Source of the DNA: Octopus sinensis
Lineage: Eukaryota
Length of the DNA: 64,000 nt
Assembly (NCBI RefSeq): GCF_006345805.1
Contig: NC_043007.1
Coordinates: forward strand, 24,924,001 to 24,988,000
Direction of reading: 5' to 3'
The number at the start of each line of letters is the position of its first letter. Position 1 is the stretch's first letter. The notes beneath the pieces were generated by a model. The model was not told where the DNA came from and did not search any database. It was given only the letters and a program-made list of their open reading frames with translations. Positions 27,601 to 41,514 of this stretch are shown here, in pieces. The translations under genes and the position numbers were made by a program.

Positions 27601-28567
27601 CTGCGGAAAAAAAGAAGGAGAAATTTCAACATGTATGCAAAAAGGGATCACATAAGCAATTTTATGTATTTCTGAACTGTTAATTGCACTGCATGGTACC
27701 TTGAGCAACAATCTTCTACTATAGCCTTAGACCAATCTTTGCTTTATGAATGAAATTGGTAGGCCAAAACTCTATCTATCTATATCTGTCTATCTATCTA
27801 TCTATCTATCTACCTGTGTGTGAGTGTATATGCCTCTGTGTGTGTGTTGTGTGTGTGTGTGGCTGTGTGAAGGTACTAATATGTGTGTGGCTGTGTGAAG
27901 GTACTAATGTGGCTGTGTGGCGGCTCAGGCATGACTGTGTGGTAAGAAGCTTGCTTCCTAACTACATGGTTCTAGGTTCAGTCCCACTGTGTGGTACCTT
28001 GGGCAAGTGTCTTCTACTATAGCCTCAGGTTGACCAAAGCCTTGTGAGTGGATTCGGTAGATGGAAACTGAAAGAAATCTGAAGTATATGTTTGTGTGTG
28101 TGTATCTTTGTGTCTGTGTTTGTTCTCTCTCCACCCATCACTGCTTTACAACCGGTATTGGCAACATATCATCAGTATCAAAGCATAAAAAGCATTCTAA
28201 ATGCTCTGAAATCATCAGAACACCTGAATTTATCCAGCAAGTTCAATAGACCATTGATTACAATCCCAGAAAGTCCATGAGGTCAATCGCAAAAAAAAAA
28301 AATGGTGATAACTATAGAAATCAACTGTCTGTGGGCAGACAGGCTAGGACAATCTCTCATCATACATTCATATACTTGGACTCATGTGGACCGGTTTCTG
28401 GACTGGCATTATAGCCTCACCCTCCTCAGCACATGTTGCCATGAAGGAAAGCCACAAGCCATCACTCTGAAGTCTGCGCTGCAACTGGTTTGTTTTGCAC
28501 TGAAACATGGCAACCACCAGTGAGAAAATAATTTCAATACAGAGCAAATAATTCAGGAGAAAATATT

Positions 28568-28895
28568 TGTGGTGCCGGTGGCACATAAAAAGCACCATCC
28601 GATTCGTGGCCGTTGCCAGCTTCGTTTGGTCTTCATGCCAGTGGCATGTAAAAAGCACCATCCGATCGTGGCCATTTGCCAGCCTTGTCTGGCACCTGTG
28701 CCGGTGGCACGTAAAAAGCACCCACTACACTCACGGAGTGGTTGGCGTTAGGAAGGGCAAACAGCTGTAGAAACACTGCCAGATCAGACTGGGCCTGGTG
28801 CAGCCTTCTGGTTTCCCAGACCCCAGTTGAACCGTCCAACCCATGCTAGCATGGAAAGCGGACGTTAAACGATGATGATGATGATGATGATGATA
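28568..28895 (+). mobile_element. SINE-like family C ((GAT)n tail, GGAAGGGCATCCAGC motif, internal ~60-bp tandem units)
   Basis: Other copies at 31603-32050(-), 35312-36440(-), 57690-57845(-), 60545-60770(+), 18900-19040(-), 5320-5480(+). Confidence 0.8.
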
Positions 28896-29345
28896 ATGAT
28901 TGATGACTCTATTATTATCTAGTGTAACAATTAAAAATGATAATAACAGAACCAATAATATATATCTTGGACTCTCCTGTTGTTGGATGATGTATAAGGC
29001 TTCTGCAATTTCTTGATGTACAACCTGCACAGATAATTTGTTTATGGTAATCAAATGTTTGTGTTGACGTAAGCTCACTCCTTCCATCAAATCAACATCA
29101 CCTGTACAGGTGCAACATGTTCCACATGTGATATAATGAAATGATTGCAGGGCAAGGTGAAATAAAGTTTTTCTCAAGAACCCAACACAACACTTGTTCA
29201 AGGGGCAATACTTTGGGAAGACTAAACCTGAAACTACATTACCCAAGGTGCCATGCAGTGAAACTGATCCCAAGACCACATGGTTAGGAAGCAAGCTTTC
29301 TTAAGCACTCAGCTACACCTGCATCTTTATCATCGTGATATATAT

Positions 29346-29694
29346 CAGGGTTTCTCAACCACTTTTTATCTATGGACCCCTTTGATTACTATTTTATTTT
29401 GGTGGACCCCTATAGCTATACAATGTTTAGAAACTAGTTTTATAGAAACTTCTTTCAAAATTCCTATTTATTTTCCACACATTAACTTGTGTAGGTTGAA
29501 CTATGGAAAATATTGGAGAAAGAAACGTAGCTGTTTCTTGCAATACATACCAATGCATACCCCTAAAGCAGAATTTTTTTAGGGGCCCTTAAAATACTAT
29601 AGTAGATTCCCAGTTTACTACTGTGTAGTGTGAACCCCTCAAAAATTTCATATGGACCCACAGGGGCCATATGGATCCTTGTTGAGGACCATTG
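29346..29694. mobile_element. hAT (Charlie-like) MITE
   Basis: Imperfect TIRs CAGGGTTTCTCAAC / GTTGAGGACCATTG; 8-bp TSD ATATATAT. Confidence 0.7.
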
Positions 29695-29865
29695 ATATAT
29701 ATATGAACGAATGCATTCAAGTGAGAAACTCAGAGTAGATACACGATGGCTATTTCAGAAAGAATGGGGAATGAATAGTTAACCATGATGACCATAGTGA
29801 TGATGGTGATGATGAGTAGTAGTTGTGAGGGGGATAGTACCCTTGAGAGAAGTTGTGATCCTTAC

Positions 29866-29958
29866 CTGCTGTGCAACAACAGACAACACTTCCAGGTCAA
29901 TCCGGTTAAATTCATCAAAACATGCCCAAGCACCAGAAGAGGCCAAACCTTTGAAAAA
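29866..29958 (-). CDS. DNAH12: Dynein heavy chain exon 9, AAA1 Walker B (CFDEFNR)
   Basis: tttcag|TTT ... CAG|gtaagg; 93 nt. Confidence 0.97.
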
Positions 29959-32900
29959 CTGAAATTCAAAATGAAAAAGTAAATAAATAAATGAAATAAA
30001 AAGAAAGAAATTATTATTTCTTTTATCATCCATGGTTTGAGAAATAAACCAAAAGCTTCCTTTTTTTTTTTTTTTGTCTTTGTTCGTGATCAAATATTAT
30101 GCTCATCTCGGAATTAAGTTCACCTTGGAAATCATGCAACGTGATGTTCAGAGTTAACAAGGAATTTCGTGGTTTAAGAAACGTTCACAGTTAACAATAA
30201 TGTTCAATAGAAAGCATGCACAGAAGTATTCATAATTAACAGGGATGTTAAAGATTAATAAGAATGTTAACTAATATGATTTAAGATTAAGTAAAATGTT
30301 CAGTGTTAACAAATGCTGTAAATGCATGAATTCCCTAACAATGTTTACAGATCCTAGTATTACTACATTCTTATGCTTATATTCATCATCAGCAGCAGCA
30401 GCAACCGTTCAAGAATTTGGAACTGGAGATCTCCATTTCCAGCGACTTCGAGGGCCACCTCCCAGTGGTGTTGGGCATCAACGAAGAGCCCTCGACTACA
30501 ACAAGACAACCAAAGTTTTTTTTTCCCAAGGTCTGGGGTCTCCTGCCCCTAAGCCCTAAACCATCACCTAATCACCCTTACCTATCTTGTTGCTTAACAA
30601 CAATCAGCAGCAGCAATTTAATGTTCACTTTTTCATGCTTGTATGGGTTGGATTGTGTTTATGGAGACAAATTTTTACAGCTGAATGCCCTTCTTGTTGC
30701 CAACCTTCACCTGTTTCCAAGCAAGGTAATACTTCAACCAGGGCCAGACATCTTTTCACAGAATATTGGAAATGAATGACACTGCTTGTAAGACAGTGAC
30801 ACTCTTTTACAACTATCACATGATGTCAAGACAAGGAGATACAAATATACACACAACATATATATATGTACATAGAGGTAATTATGTGGATGAACAAATT
30901 AGATAAATTAAATATAATAGCTTGGGTATAAAATACAAAATATTTTGTACCCAGACTACAATACTCTTTTACTTGTTTCAGTCATTTGACTGTGGCAATG
31001 CTGGAGCACCACCTTTAGTCAAGCAAATCGATCCCAGGACTTATTCTTTGTAAGCCTAGTACTTATTCCATCGGTCACTTTTGCCGAACCTCTAAGTTAC
31101 AGGGGCATAAACACACCAGCATCGGTTGTCAAGCGATGTTGGGGTGACAAACACAGACACACAAACATACACACACACAAATATATATATATACATATAT
31201 ATGACGGGCTTCTTTAAGTTTCCATCAACCAAATCCACTCACAAGACTTTGGTCGGCTCAAGGCTATAGTAGAAGAAACTTGCCCAAGGTGCCACGCAGT
31301 GGGACTGAACTCGGAACCATGTGGTTCATAAGCAAGCTACTTACCACACAGCCATTCGTACGCCTAATATTTAATATATCTAATATATCTAATTTAATAT
31401 ATCTAATATATCTAAAATTTGTTTATATGCATCATCACCTCTATACCTGTCCAGCTTGATCCCTCTAATAGCCTTTCTTTACCTTGTGGAATTAATCCTC
31501 TGTAAAGGTATTGGATATTTTGAGCACTACAGTCTCCTGAATGGAGAATCTCTGAATCTCATCTGTGGACCATACATATATACAACAAGCTTCTTTCAGT
31601 TTCATCATCATCATCATCATCATCGTTTAACGTCCGTTCTCCATGCTGGCATGGGTTGGACGGTTCGACCGGGGATCTGGGAAGCCAGAAGGCTGCACCA
31701 GGCTCCGGTCTTATCTGGCAATGTTTCTACAGCTGGATGCCCTTCCTAACGCCAACCACTCCGTGAGTGTAGTGGGTGCTTTTTACGAGCCACCTGCACT
31801 GGTGCCAGGCGAGGCTAGCATCGGCCATGGTCGGATTGGTGCATTTTACGTGCCACCTGCATGGAAGCCAGTCGAGGCGGCACTGGCTTCGTCCACGATT
31901 CGGATGGTGCTTTTTACGTGCTACCGACACGGAAGCCAGTCGAGGCGGCGCTGGCATCGGCCACGATTCGGATGGTGCTTTTTACGTGCCACCTGCACAG
32001 AAGCCAGTCGAGGCGGCGCTGGCATCGGCCACGATTCGGATAGTGCTTTTTTTCCATCGTCTAAATTCACTCAAGGCTTTGATCAACCTAGCACTATCGT
32101 AGAAGACATTTGTCCAAGGGGCCGCATTTTGGGAGGACTGAACCTCAAACTATGTAGTTGGAAAGCAAACTTCTTAACCACACAGCTATGTCTGTGCTAA
32201 ATTATCTGCGTGAATAATTTATCGGTGTTCTTCATAAAATGGTTTTGCATCGTTGTAGTCACACCAATTTACTAAAGGAATACAATAGACATGTTCCTTA
32301 ACTGCTATAATGGTTTTAATTCATCAGCTATGATGACGTAACCTTTTTTTTTTAGCTATTCGGCTTGTTCCTTCGCAACATTATAGTAATTTTGTATTGC
32401 TATATTGTTAATTAATACCGTATTGTCATTTTTGTCATGGAAAATTATGCCAGGCTTATTATGTTCTATCTAGAACTGTATCTATGCTAAAGTTCCACGG
32501 TATTTTTGCATTATCATTTACTAAGAGAGAGAGTGACAGACAGACAGAGATTCATATGAAAAGCAGAGAGCTTTTTTCCTTTTCTTTTGAACAACAATTG
32601 AAAATTGGCAGTGAAGCATAAGTAGAGCAGCTTTACTACATTGTTGTGTTTCTAAGTATATTTTGTCAGAAGTAGTGTCAGACGAGTGGAGAGGCAAAAA
32701 TTGTTAAAGAGTGGGACAAAATATCTCATCATATATCTTTTATCTTTTACTTGTTTCAGTCACCCGGCACATATTTTGAAGTCCGATGCTTATTCTATAG
32801 GTTTCTTTAACCAAACCCTTAAGTCTTTTTTTGTTTGTTTCTTCTCAAGCTATGCCTGGCTCATTAGGACCGGTTTCCCAGTTTCCTTGGCATATAGGTT

Positions 32901-33962
32901 CCCCACCTGGATGGGACGCCGGTCTGTCGCAGGTGAGCTGCAAGATGTAGGAGGAAAGAGTGAGAGAAAGTTGTGGCGAAAGAGTCAGCAGAAGTTCGCC
33001 ATTACTTTCTGCCGGAGCCGCGTGAAGCTTAGGTGTTTCACTCATAAACACACACATCGCCCGGTCTGAGATTCGAAGCCACGATCCCTTGACTGCAAGT
33101 CCGCTGCTCTGACCACTAGGCCATGTGCCTCCACAAACCCTTAGGTTACAGGGATGCAAATGCACCAACACCAGTCATCAACCAATGGAGGGGGACAAAC
33201 ACAGACACACACATGAGAGGTTTCTACACAGCTTCCATCTAACAAATTCATCCAAAAGGTATTGCTCAACCTAAGGCTATAGTAAGAGACCCTTGCCCAA
33301 GGTGTCATACAGTGGAACTGAACCCAAAACCACATGGTTGCAAAGTGAGCTCAGAGCAGGATTACTATGTTATTGTGTATCCAAAAACATTTTGTTGTAA
33401 CTAGTGTGGAACTAGGGAGTAGGCAGAATTGTTAGTGAACTGGACAAAATATCTCAAGGTATATATCATAGCTCTGAGATCAAACTCTGCAGAAATCAAA
33501 TTCATTTTTCTAGGAGTTTATAAACAAAATACCACACAAATACAGAGATGAATTTAATCAACTCTTTCCTTTCCCCAAAATTTCTGGTCTTGTGCTTATG
33601 CTACAAACTATTATCATTGTCGTTGTTGTTTTACTGTCCACTTTTCCATACTTGCATTGGTCAAGCAGAGTATACTGAAGCTAATTTTTTACTGCCTAAT
33701 GCTCATCCTTTTGCCAGCTTTTTTCTGTGTCAAAGTGTGGTTGTATTTTCCTGTGGCCATACATATTAACACACAATCCTGGGAATGAATCACACTGTAT
33801 GATAGTGACAGTCATTTACAACTGTCACACAATGCTAAAAGGAGACACAAACATACACATATATATATACATATACAAGCATTTATGGAGTTTCTACCTA
33901 CGTCTTTTCTATATATCTTGGAGTGTGCTTCTTCTCCGAATTTATGTTTTTCTAAAAAAACG

Positions 33963-34017
<55 letters not shown>

Positions 34018-34347
34018 CACAAATAAATAAATAACAAAACAATGGATTAGCAGATCCCTTGTTTTGTTATTTATTAATTTGTTCATAATAGACCTTGCAG
34101 GAATCCTGACCCATCAGATATTCTGGATTATATTCTGGTGTATGACCATTACAACGTACACTTTTGGATTAACCCATAGGTTATAAAATACTCATAAGGG
34201 TTAAATTCTCCATATACATAACCTGAATTTTTCGCTGAATACACTTCGGTACCCACGAATTTTATTCAACTAAAAGTACTGTTTACAAGTTAATTCAACC
34301 CAACCTGGTGCCTATCATTTAATGTCTGATTCCTTTCAATCCTTAAT

Positions 34348-34401
<54 letters not shown>

Positions 34402-34462
34402 CACACACACACAACACACACACACACACACACACACACACCACACACACACACACACATAC

Positions 34463-34519
<57 letters not shown>

Positions 34520-34520
<1 letters not shown>

Positions 34521-35300
34521 GTTGGCCAAAAGTCACCTGACAGTAAATCAAAATTCCATAAATGCTATGTATAATTTTGTATGGATTCAAATGGAAAAAT
34601 GTGTCGCTCAAGAATGACCTCAGTATTTTTAAGTCTGGTGCAGTGTTTCGGTTGACTTCCCTTAATGTTCGTATATCTATTTCCTTAGCTCGTTTAATAC
34701 GATCATTTATTAATGATATTGGGAAATGTCTTTTGATTAGTATTGACACATATATATGCATATATATATATAATTAATAATATCAAGGGTAATAAGAAAT
34801 ATTAGAAATTTCTACTACCAGTGGCCTAGCGTGTAAAAATTTAGTCAATAGACTATATATTATTCATATAAATACAGTGTACATTTAAACACATAAGAGG
34901 CATCCATAATAGGACTCCTTGCATGCTAGAAAGAACAGTTAAATTCAAAACCACTATTAGGGATAAAACTTCGAATGAATGAAAAATAAAAACATTTACC
35001 ATCTAAGGACCATGGTTTCAGACTTATTTTAGCAAATAAAATAATTTGCTAGGCGAAGTCTTCTTCAGCAGGTACACCTTAGATTAAATATATATACACG
35101 AGGCAATCCAGTATATGCCCTGTGCTTATACATTCTAATTTTTCAAATTGCACAGTAGATTTGAAAAACTAGAATGTATAAGCACGGCGTATATACTGGA
35201 TTGCCTCGTGTATATATGTTTAATCTAAGGTGTACTTGCTGAAAAAGACTTCGCTTAGCAAATTATTTTATTTGCTAAAATAAGTCTGAAACCATGGTCC
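34520..35300 (-). mobile_element. Penelope-like remnant with palindromic terminal segment
   Basis: Minus-strand peptide HFPISLINDRIKRAKEI resembles the post-RT region of PLEs; hammerhead motif in the adjacent palindrome; flanked by (TA)n. Confidence 0.55.
35007..35300. repeat. 294-bp palindrome (142-bp arms, 10-nt loop)
   Basis: Arms 35007-35148 and 35159-35300; about 8 mismatches by hand count. Confidence 0.95.
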
Positions 35301-36595
35301 GGTTATATATACATCATCATCATCATCATCATCATTTAACGTCCGCTTTCCATGCTAGCATGGGTTGGACGGTTCAACTGGGGTCTGGGGAGCCCGAAAG
35401 CTGCACCAGGCCAGTCAGATCTGGCAGTGTTTCTACAGCTGGATGCCCTTCCTAATGCCAACCACTCCGAGAGTGTAGTGGGTGATTTTATGTGCCACCG
35501 ACACAGGTGCCAGACGAGGCTGGCAAACGGCCACGCTCGGATGGTGTTTTTTATGTGCCACCGACACAGGTGCCAGACAAGGCTGGCAGACGGCCACGCT
35601 CGGATGGTGTTTTTATGTGCCACCGACACAGGTGCCAGATGAGGCTGGCAAACGGCCACGATCGGATGGTGCTTGTTACGTGCCCACAGCACGGAGGCCA
35701 GTCGATGCGGTACTGGCTACGGCCACGTTCGGATGGTTTTCTTGTGTGCCACGTGCCACCGGCACTGGTACCACAAAGATACAAATTCCATTGATGTTCA
35801 TCTATTTTGATTTGTTTTGATTTGATTTTCACTTGCCTCAACAGGTCTTCACAAGTGTCACAAGAAGGAAGGTATGCACAGGTGGACTGACTACGTCCCA
35901 GGTAGGGGCCATGGGTTATGGCCTGACTAGTCTTGCCGGGTCTTCGGATGGTGTTTTTATGTGCCACCGACACAGGTGCTAGATGAGGCTGGCGAACGGC
36001 CACGATCGGATGGTGTTTGTCATGTGCCCACCGCACTGACTACAGCACTGATGGATTTCTTGTGTGCCACAGGCACTGGTACCACAAGATACAAATTCCA
36101 TTGATGTTCATCTATTTTGTCTATTTTGATTTGATTTGATTTGATTTGATTTTCACTTGCCTCAACCGGTCTTCACAAGTGTCACAAGAAGGAAGGTATG
36201 CACAGGTGGACTGACTAGTCTTGCCGGGTCTTCGGAAGGTGTTTTTATGTGCCACCGACACAGGTGCCAGATGAGGCTGGTGAACGGCCATGATCGGATG
36301 GTGTTTGTTACGTGCCCACAGCACGGAGGCCAGTCGATGCGGAACTGGCTACGGCCACGTTCGGATGGTTCTCTTGTGTGCCACCGGCACTGGTACCACA
36401 AAGTGTGTGCCACCGGCACTGGTACCACAAAGATACAGATTCCATTGATATATATATATATATATATATAACAATTAAGGATAAAATCTTAATAAGGAAT
36501 CTTAACAAGAAATTATCAGGTAGTTAGCGTGAAAAACCTCATAAGAGAAAAAATCCGAAAATAATTTTTTCACTAGAAAATATTGATTTATATTG

Positions 36596-36744
36596 TATAG
36601 AGGGCATTATTACACATAAATGCCACACGGTTTTTTAAATGTCTTGCTTCGAGAGCTGCATTCGGTATGATTAGTTAGATTTTGGTAGTAATGACTTATG
36701 TCCCTCTTAGCGTGTGGCATTTATGTGTAATAATGCCCTCTATA
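36596..36744. repeat. 34-bp perfect inverted repeat with 81-nt spacer, in a PLE terminal remnant
   Basis: Arms 36596-36629 and 36711-36744; the reverse complement of 36630-36744 aligns by eye to 10389-10505. Confidence 0.85.
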
Positions 36745-36789
<45 letters not shown>

Positions 36790-38110
36790 TAAGTTAGTTA
36801 TCTAAATGTTATCTAAAAAGGACACACTCAATATAATTAACAGAGTAGTTATATTTTTATATAATGTTAGTGGTTTAGTGGTTATGACATAGAACTAGTC
36901 AGAATGTTACCATCGCTTTTGGAGTGACTATTGCACTTGAGCAACATTGATGACTTTTCAAGGCAGTGAGCTGGCAGAAACGTTAACACGCTGGGCGAAA
37001 TGCTTAGCGGTATTTCACGTATCTTTACGTTCTGAATTCAAAATCCGCCAAGGCCAACTTTGCCTTTCATCCTTTTGAGGCCGATAAATTAAGCACCAGT
37101 TGCGTACTGGGGTTGATTTAATCGACTGGCCCCCCTCGCAAAAAATTATAGGCTTTGGGCCTAGAGTAGAAAAGAATTTTGATGACTCTTCAGATGTACC
37201 AGCAGAAGTGCATAACTCCTCTTTATTCTGCTGGGAAGTGTGTGTGTGTGTGCATGTGCATGTGTGTGTGTGTTAGCATGCTTGTGTGTGTGTGTGTGTA
37301 CACTGACTGCTTGATAACCAGTGTTCCTTGGCTTACGTCCCTATAAATTAGCAGTTCAACATGAGAACCCAGTTAAATAAGTACAAGATTTAAAAATAAT
37401 ATAAATACAGGGGACAGGGTGTTTTTTTTTTTCAACTAAACCTTTCAAGGTGTTGCTCCAGTATGGTAGTGATCCAATGACAAAAACAAACAAAAAAATA
37501 AAAAATATAACATCAAATACAAATAATTCTTTTACTCTTTTACTTGGTTTAGTCATTTGACTGCAGCCATGCTGGAGCATCGCCCTGAAGGGGTTTTTTA
37601 GGCAAATAAATGGACCCCCAGGACTTATTTTTCTAAGCCTAGTATTTATTCTATTAGTCTCTTTGCCAAACCACTACATTACAGGGAGATAAACACACCA
37701 ACACTGGTTGTCAGGTGGTAAGGGGGTAGGGACAAACACAGACACAAAGACATACACACCAAATCCACTCACGAGGCTTTAGTCAGGCTGAGGCTATACT
37801 AGAAGACACTTGCCGAAGGTGCCACGCAGTGGTACTGAAGATGGAACCATGTGGTTGAGAAGCAAGCTTCTTACCACACAGCCACACCTTCTCTCTCTCT
37901 CTCTCTTCACTCTTTTACTTGTTTCAGTCGCTTGACTGCAGCCATGCTGGAGCACTGCCTTTTGTCAAACAAATCGACCCCGGGACTTATTCTTTGTAAG
38001 CCCAGTACTTATTCTATCGGTCTCTTTTGCCAAACTGCTAAGTGACGGGGATGTAAACACACCAGCATCGGTTGTCAAGCAATGCTAGGGGGACAAACAC
38101 AGACACACAA

Positions 38111-38141
<31 letters not shown>

Positions 38142-38328
38142 CGACAGGCTTCTTTCAGTTTCCATCTACCAAATCCACTCACAAGGCATTGGTCGGCCCG
38201 GGGCTATAGCAGAAGACACTTGCCCAAGGTACCACACAGTGGCACTGAACCCGGAACCATGTGGTTGGTTAGCAAGCTACTTACCACACAGCCACTCCTT
38301 CATTGAAAATCTTAGAAAAACATCTTAC

Positions 38329-38654
38329 TTTTCCCATGGCAATATAGTCCAGGCCATCTGAGCAGTTGAATACTATACATTGTACAGCCAGAGCTTTAGC
38401 AAGATCTTTTGTTGTCTCTGTTTTACCAGTTCCTGCGGGGCCCTCAGGTGCACCATTTAAATGGAGATGGAAGGCACCAATGAGCGTTCTGTAACAGCGG
38501 TCGGTAAGTGGGGTGATGACAAGGCGAGGTGTGTTACCTAAATACTCGTATGCATAATTAACTGTGGCATTGATCAAACATACGAGACACTTGTCCTCTT
38601 CCCAGTAATATCGCAACTGTGACAGCCAGTTAAAGTCAGCATCTGATGCAACAC
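38329..38654 (-). CDS. DNAH12: Dynein heavy chain exon 8, AAA1 Walker A (GPAGTGKT)
   Basis: ttgcag|GT GTT ... AAA|gtaaga; 326 nt; [25 protein letters not shown]. Confidence 0.98.
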
Positions 38655-39514
38655 CTGCAAAATAACATACAAACACATCATCAATGCATTGCAATTTATC
38701 ATTGTCATCATCTTTTATTTATGCAGATGTGCGTGCTTGTGTGTGTACGCGCGTGTGTGTGTGTGTGTGTGCGTGTGTTTGTGTGTGCATGTGTGTGTGT
38801 GCACAAGCATGAACTTTGTACCCTGACTGCTTGATAACCAGTGTTCCTTGGCTTACGTCCCTATAAATTAGCAGTTCAACATGAGAACCCAGTTAAATAA
38901 GTACAAGATTTTAAAATAATATAAATACTGGGGACAGGGTGATTTTTCTTTCAACTAAACCTTTCAAGGTGTTGCTCCAGTATGGTAGTGATCAAATGAC
39001 AAAAACAAACAAAAGAATATATAACATCAAATACAAATAATTATATTACACTTTTATTTGGTTCTGTTGACTACAGCCATGCTGGAGCATCGCCTTAAAG
39101 GTTTATTTTTAGTCAAACAAATCGACCCAAGGACTTATTTTTCTAAGCCTAGTATTTATTCTATTGGTCTCTTTGCCAAACCATTAAGTTACAGGGACAT
39201 AAACACACCAACACTGGATGTCAAGTGGTAAGGGGGTACTTGCATGGGTCTGATAAAGATTAAAGGATTAGTTACCTTCTCTAGTCACACAGACTCACAA
39301 GGGCCTGTTTCCCTATTCCCATGATGGCATATATATTCCCAACCTGTTCATCACAGGATTACTCCTTTTTGCCAGCTGAGTGGACTGGAACAACGTGAAA
39401 TGAAGTGTTTTGCTCAAGAATACGATGTGTTGCCCAGTCCAGGAATCGAAATCACAATCTTATGATCATGAGTCCAATACCTTAACCACTAAGCCATGTG
39501 CCCCCACTATAATA

Positions 39515-39867
39515 ACTCTGAGCACCTTTTCAAACTCCACCTGTCTAACACCCGTGGACATGTTTACAAAGTCAGAAAACAGCACAGCTCCCATGACTTT
39601 CGGAAACATGTTTTCACGCTAAGAGTTGCTGAAGCATGGAACAAACTGCCGGCATAAGTTGTTAGTTGTCGGAGCATTGCATCCTTCAAAACTTCCATGC
39701 TTCCTGAAATTTGCCAACACTACACCTGATTTTCTCCCCTCCAAACAGACGCAAGCATGTATCTGACTCATACACTGTTCACTTCCCAGGCATTTGTGCA
39801 TTACTGCATATGCTTTATATGCACTTTTGACAAGTTGTGGTGCACCTGAGCACTGTATACAATAATT

Positions 39868-39905
<38 letters not shown>
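39515..39905 (+). mobile_element. CR1-like LINE 3' end
   Basis: NTRGH...RVAEAWNKLP; (ATT)n tail. Confidence 0.85.
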
Positions 39906-40337
39906 TTTATTTTTATATATATGCACGGGTCTAATGGCTTGACAGAATATGAGGAACTTCAAGGCTGTGTCAAACCCTAATATCAGCTTTGGCATGGTTT
40001 CTACAACTGGATGCCCTTCTTAACACCAACCACTTTACAGAAAGTACTGGGTGAATTTATTTTCATGCCATGGGCATGAGTGAGGCTACCAAGGAGCTTA
40101 CAAGACAAAGTAAAGAAAAGAAAAGGAAAAAAGCCCTTTCTTTTGGGTGTTGGGGAGAGATGGCTTTATGCAAGGTGTTGAAAGTCAAAGTATGATAGGG
40201 GGACAAGCACTTGTGCTTGGCTTTAGAGGAGATACATGGCTGCTCCACATTATGCAATACCTTATCGTGAACAGTTACCATAACAGCAACAACAGCAACA
40301 ACAACAACAACAACAACAGCACTCCTCTGAAACTCAC

Positions 40338-40614
40338 CTCTGTTTGCCATGTCCATAACAACATCTCTCGCATGGACATCAATGACGACCAGCGCTCCCA
40401 AAGTTGTTCTGGTCTGCTTGCTAAGTTTACCTCGGACGAGTTGGACAATGTCGATCATTTGGTTCTTCAGCACAACATGGTAGTCAAGCAAGCCCTTTGA
40501 GCCAGCTTGTATCGCTTCCTGGGTCTCTTTGGTCCAGTAGATCTGAGAGCCACACAATACCACTTGTCCTGGCCACTTCCGTACCCAGTCAATACGACTG
40601 ATGTTAAGATAATC
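40338..40614 (-). CDS. DNAH12: Dynein heavy chain exon 7 (DYLNISRIDWVRKWPGQ...IDVHARD...NR)
   Basis: gttag|GAT ... AGA G|gtgagt; 277 nt; ends phase 1. Confidence 0.96.
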
Positions 40615-41514
40615 CTAACAACAAATAGAAAATAAATAATACAAAGATTTAAGAAAACTGTTTGCATTACATGGAGTTACTTGTGATGCATAACATCTCT
40701 CACTCTCTCTTCCTTCCTCATCTCTTTTTCCCTTCCTCATCTCTCCTTTACCCTCTCTTTCTTTCCCTATCTTTCTATCTGTCTGTCAGTTTTATTGTTT
40801 TTTCTTCTCTCTCTTTTTTTATTCTTTCAAATAATAGGCATGGCTGTGTGGTAAGAAGCCTGCCTCCCAAACACGTGATTCTGGGTTCAAAACCCACTGC
40901 ATGGCACCTTCGTCAAGTGTCTTCCACTATAGCCTTGGGCCGACTAAAGCCTTATGAGTGGATCTGGTAGAAGGAAACTGAGTGAAGCTTATCATATATC
41001 TATGTGTGTATGTGTCTGTGTGGTAAGAAGCTTGCCTCCCAAACACGATTCTGGGTTCAAAACCCACTGCATGGCACCCTCGTCAAGTGTCTTCTACTAT
41101 AGCCTTGGGCCGACCAAAGCTTTGTGAGTGGATCTGGTAGAAGGAAACTGAATGAAGCTCTTCATATATCTATGTGTGTATGTGTCTTTGTGTCTGTGCT
41201 TGTTTCCCACCATCACTTGACAACCGGTATTGGTGTATTTACATCCCCATGACTTAATACTTCAGCAAAAAAGACCGATAGAATAAGTAACAGGCTTAGT
41301 AAAACATAAGTACTGGGGTTGACTCATTCAACTAAAAGTTCTTCAAGGTGGTGCCCCAGCATGGCCACAGTCTAATGCTTGAAACAAGTAAAAGGTAACA
41401 CATGGTTCATAGATCTGTCAGGAAAGGAAAAGCAAAGCTGTAAGGGATGCAATACATCACAAACCATCCTGTTTCAGACTGGTAATGACTGATTTCAACC
41501 ACCAAGAAGCAAAA

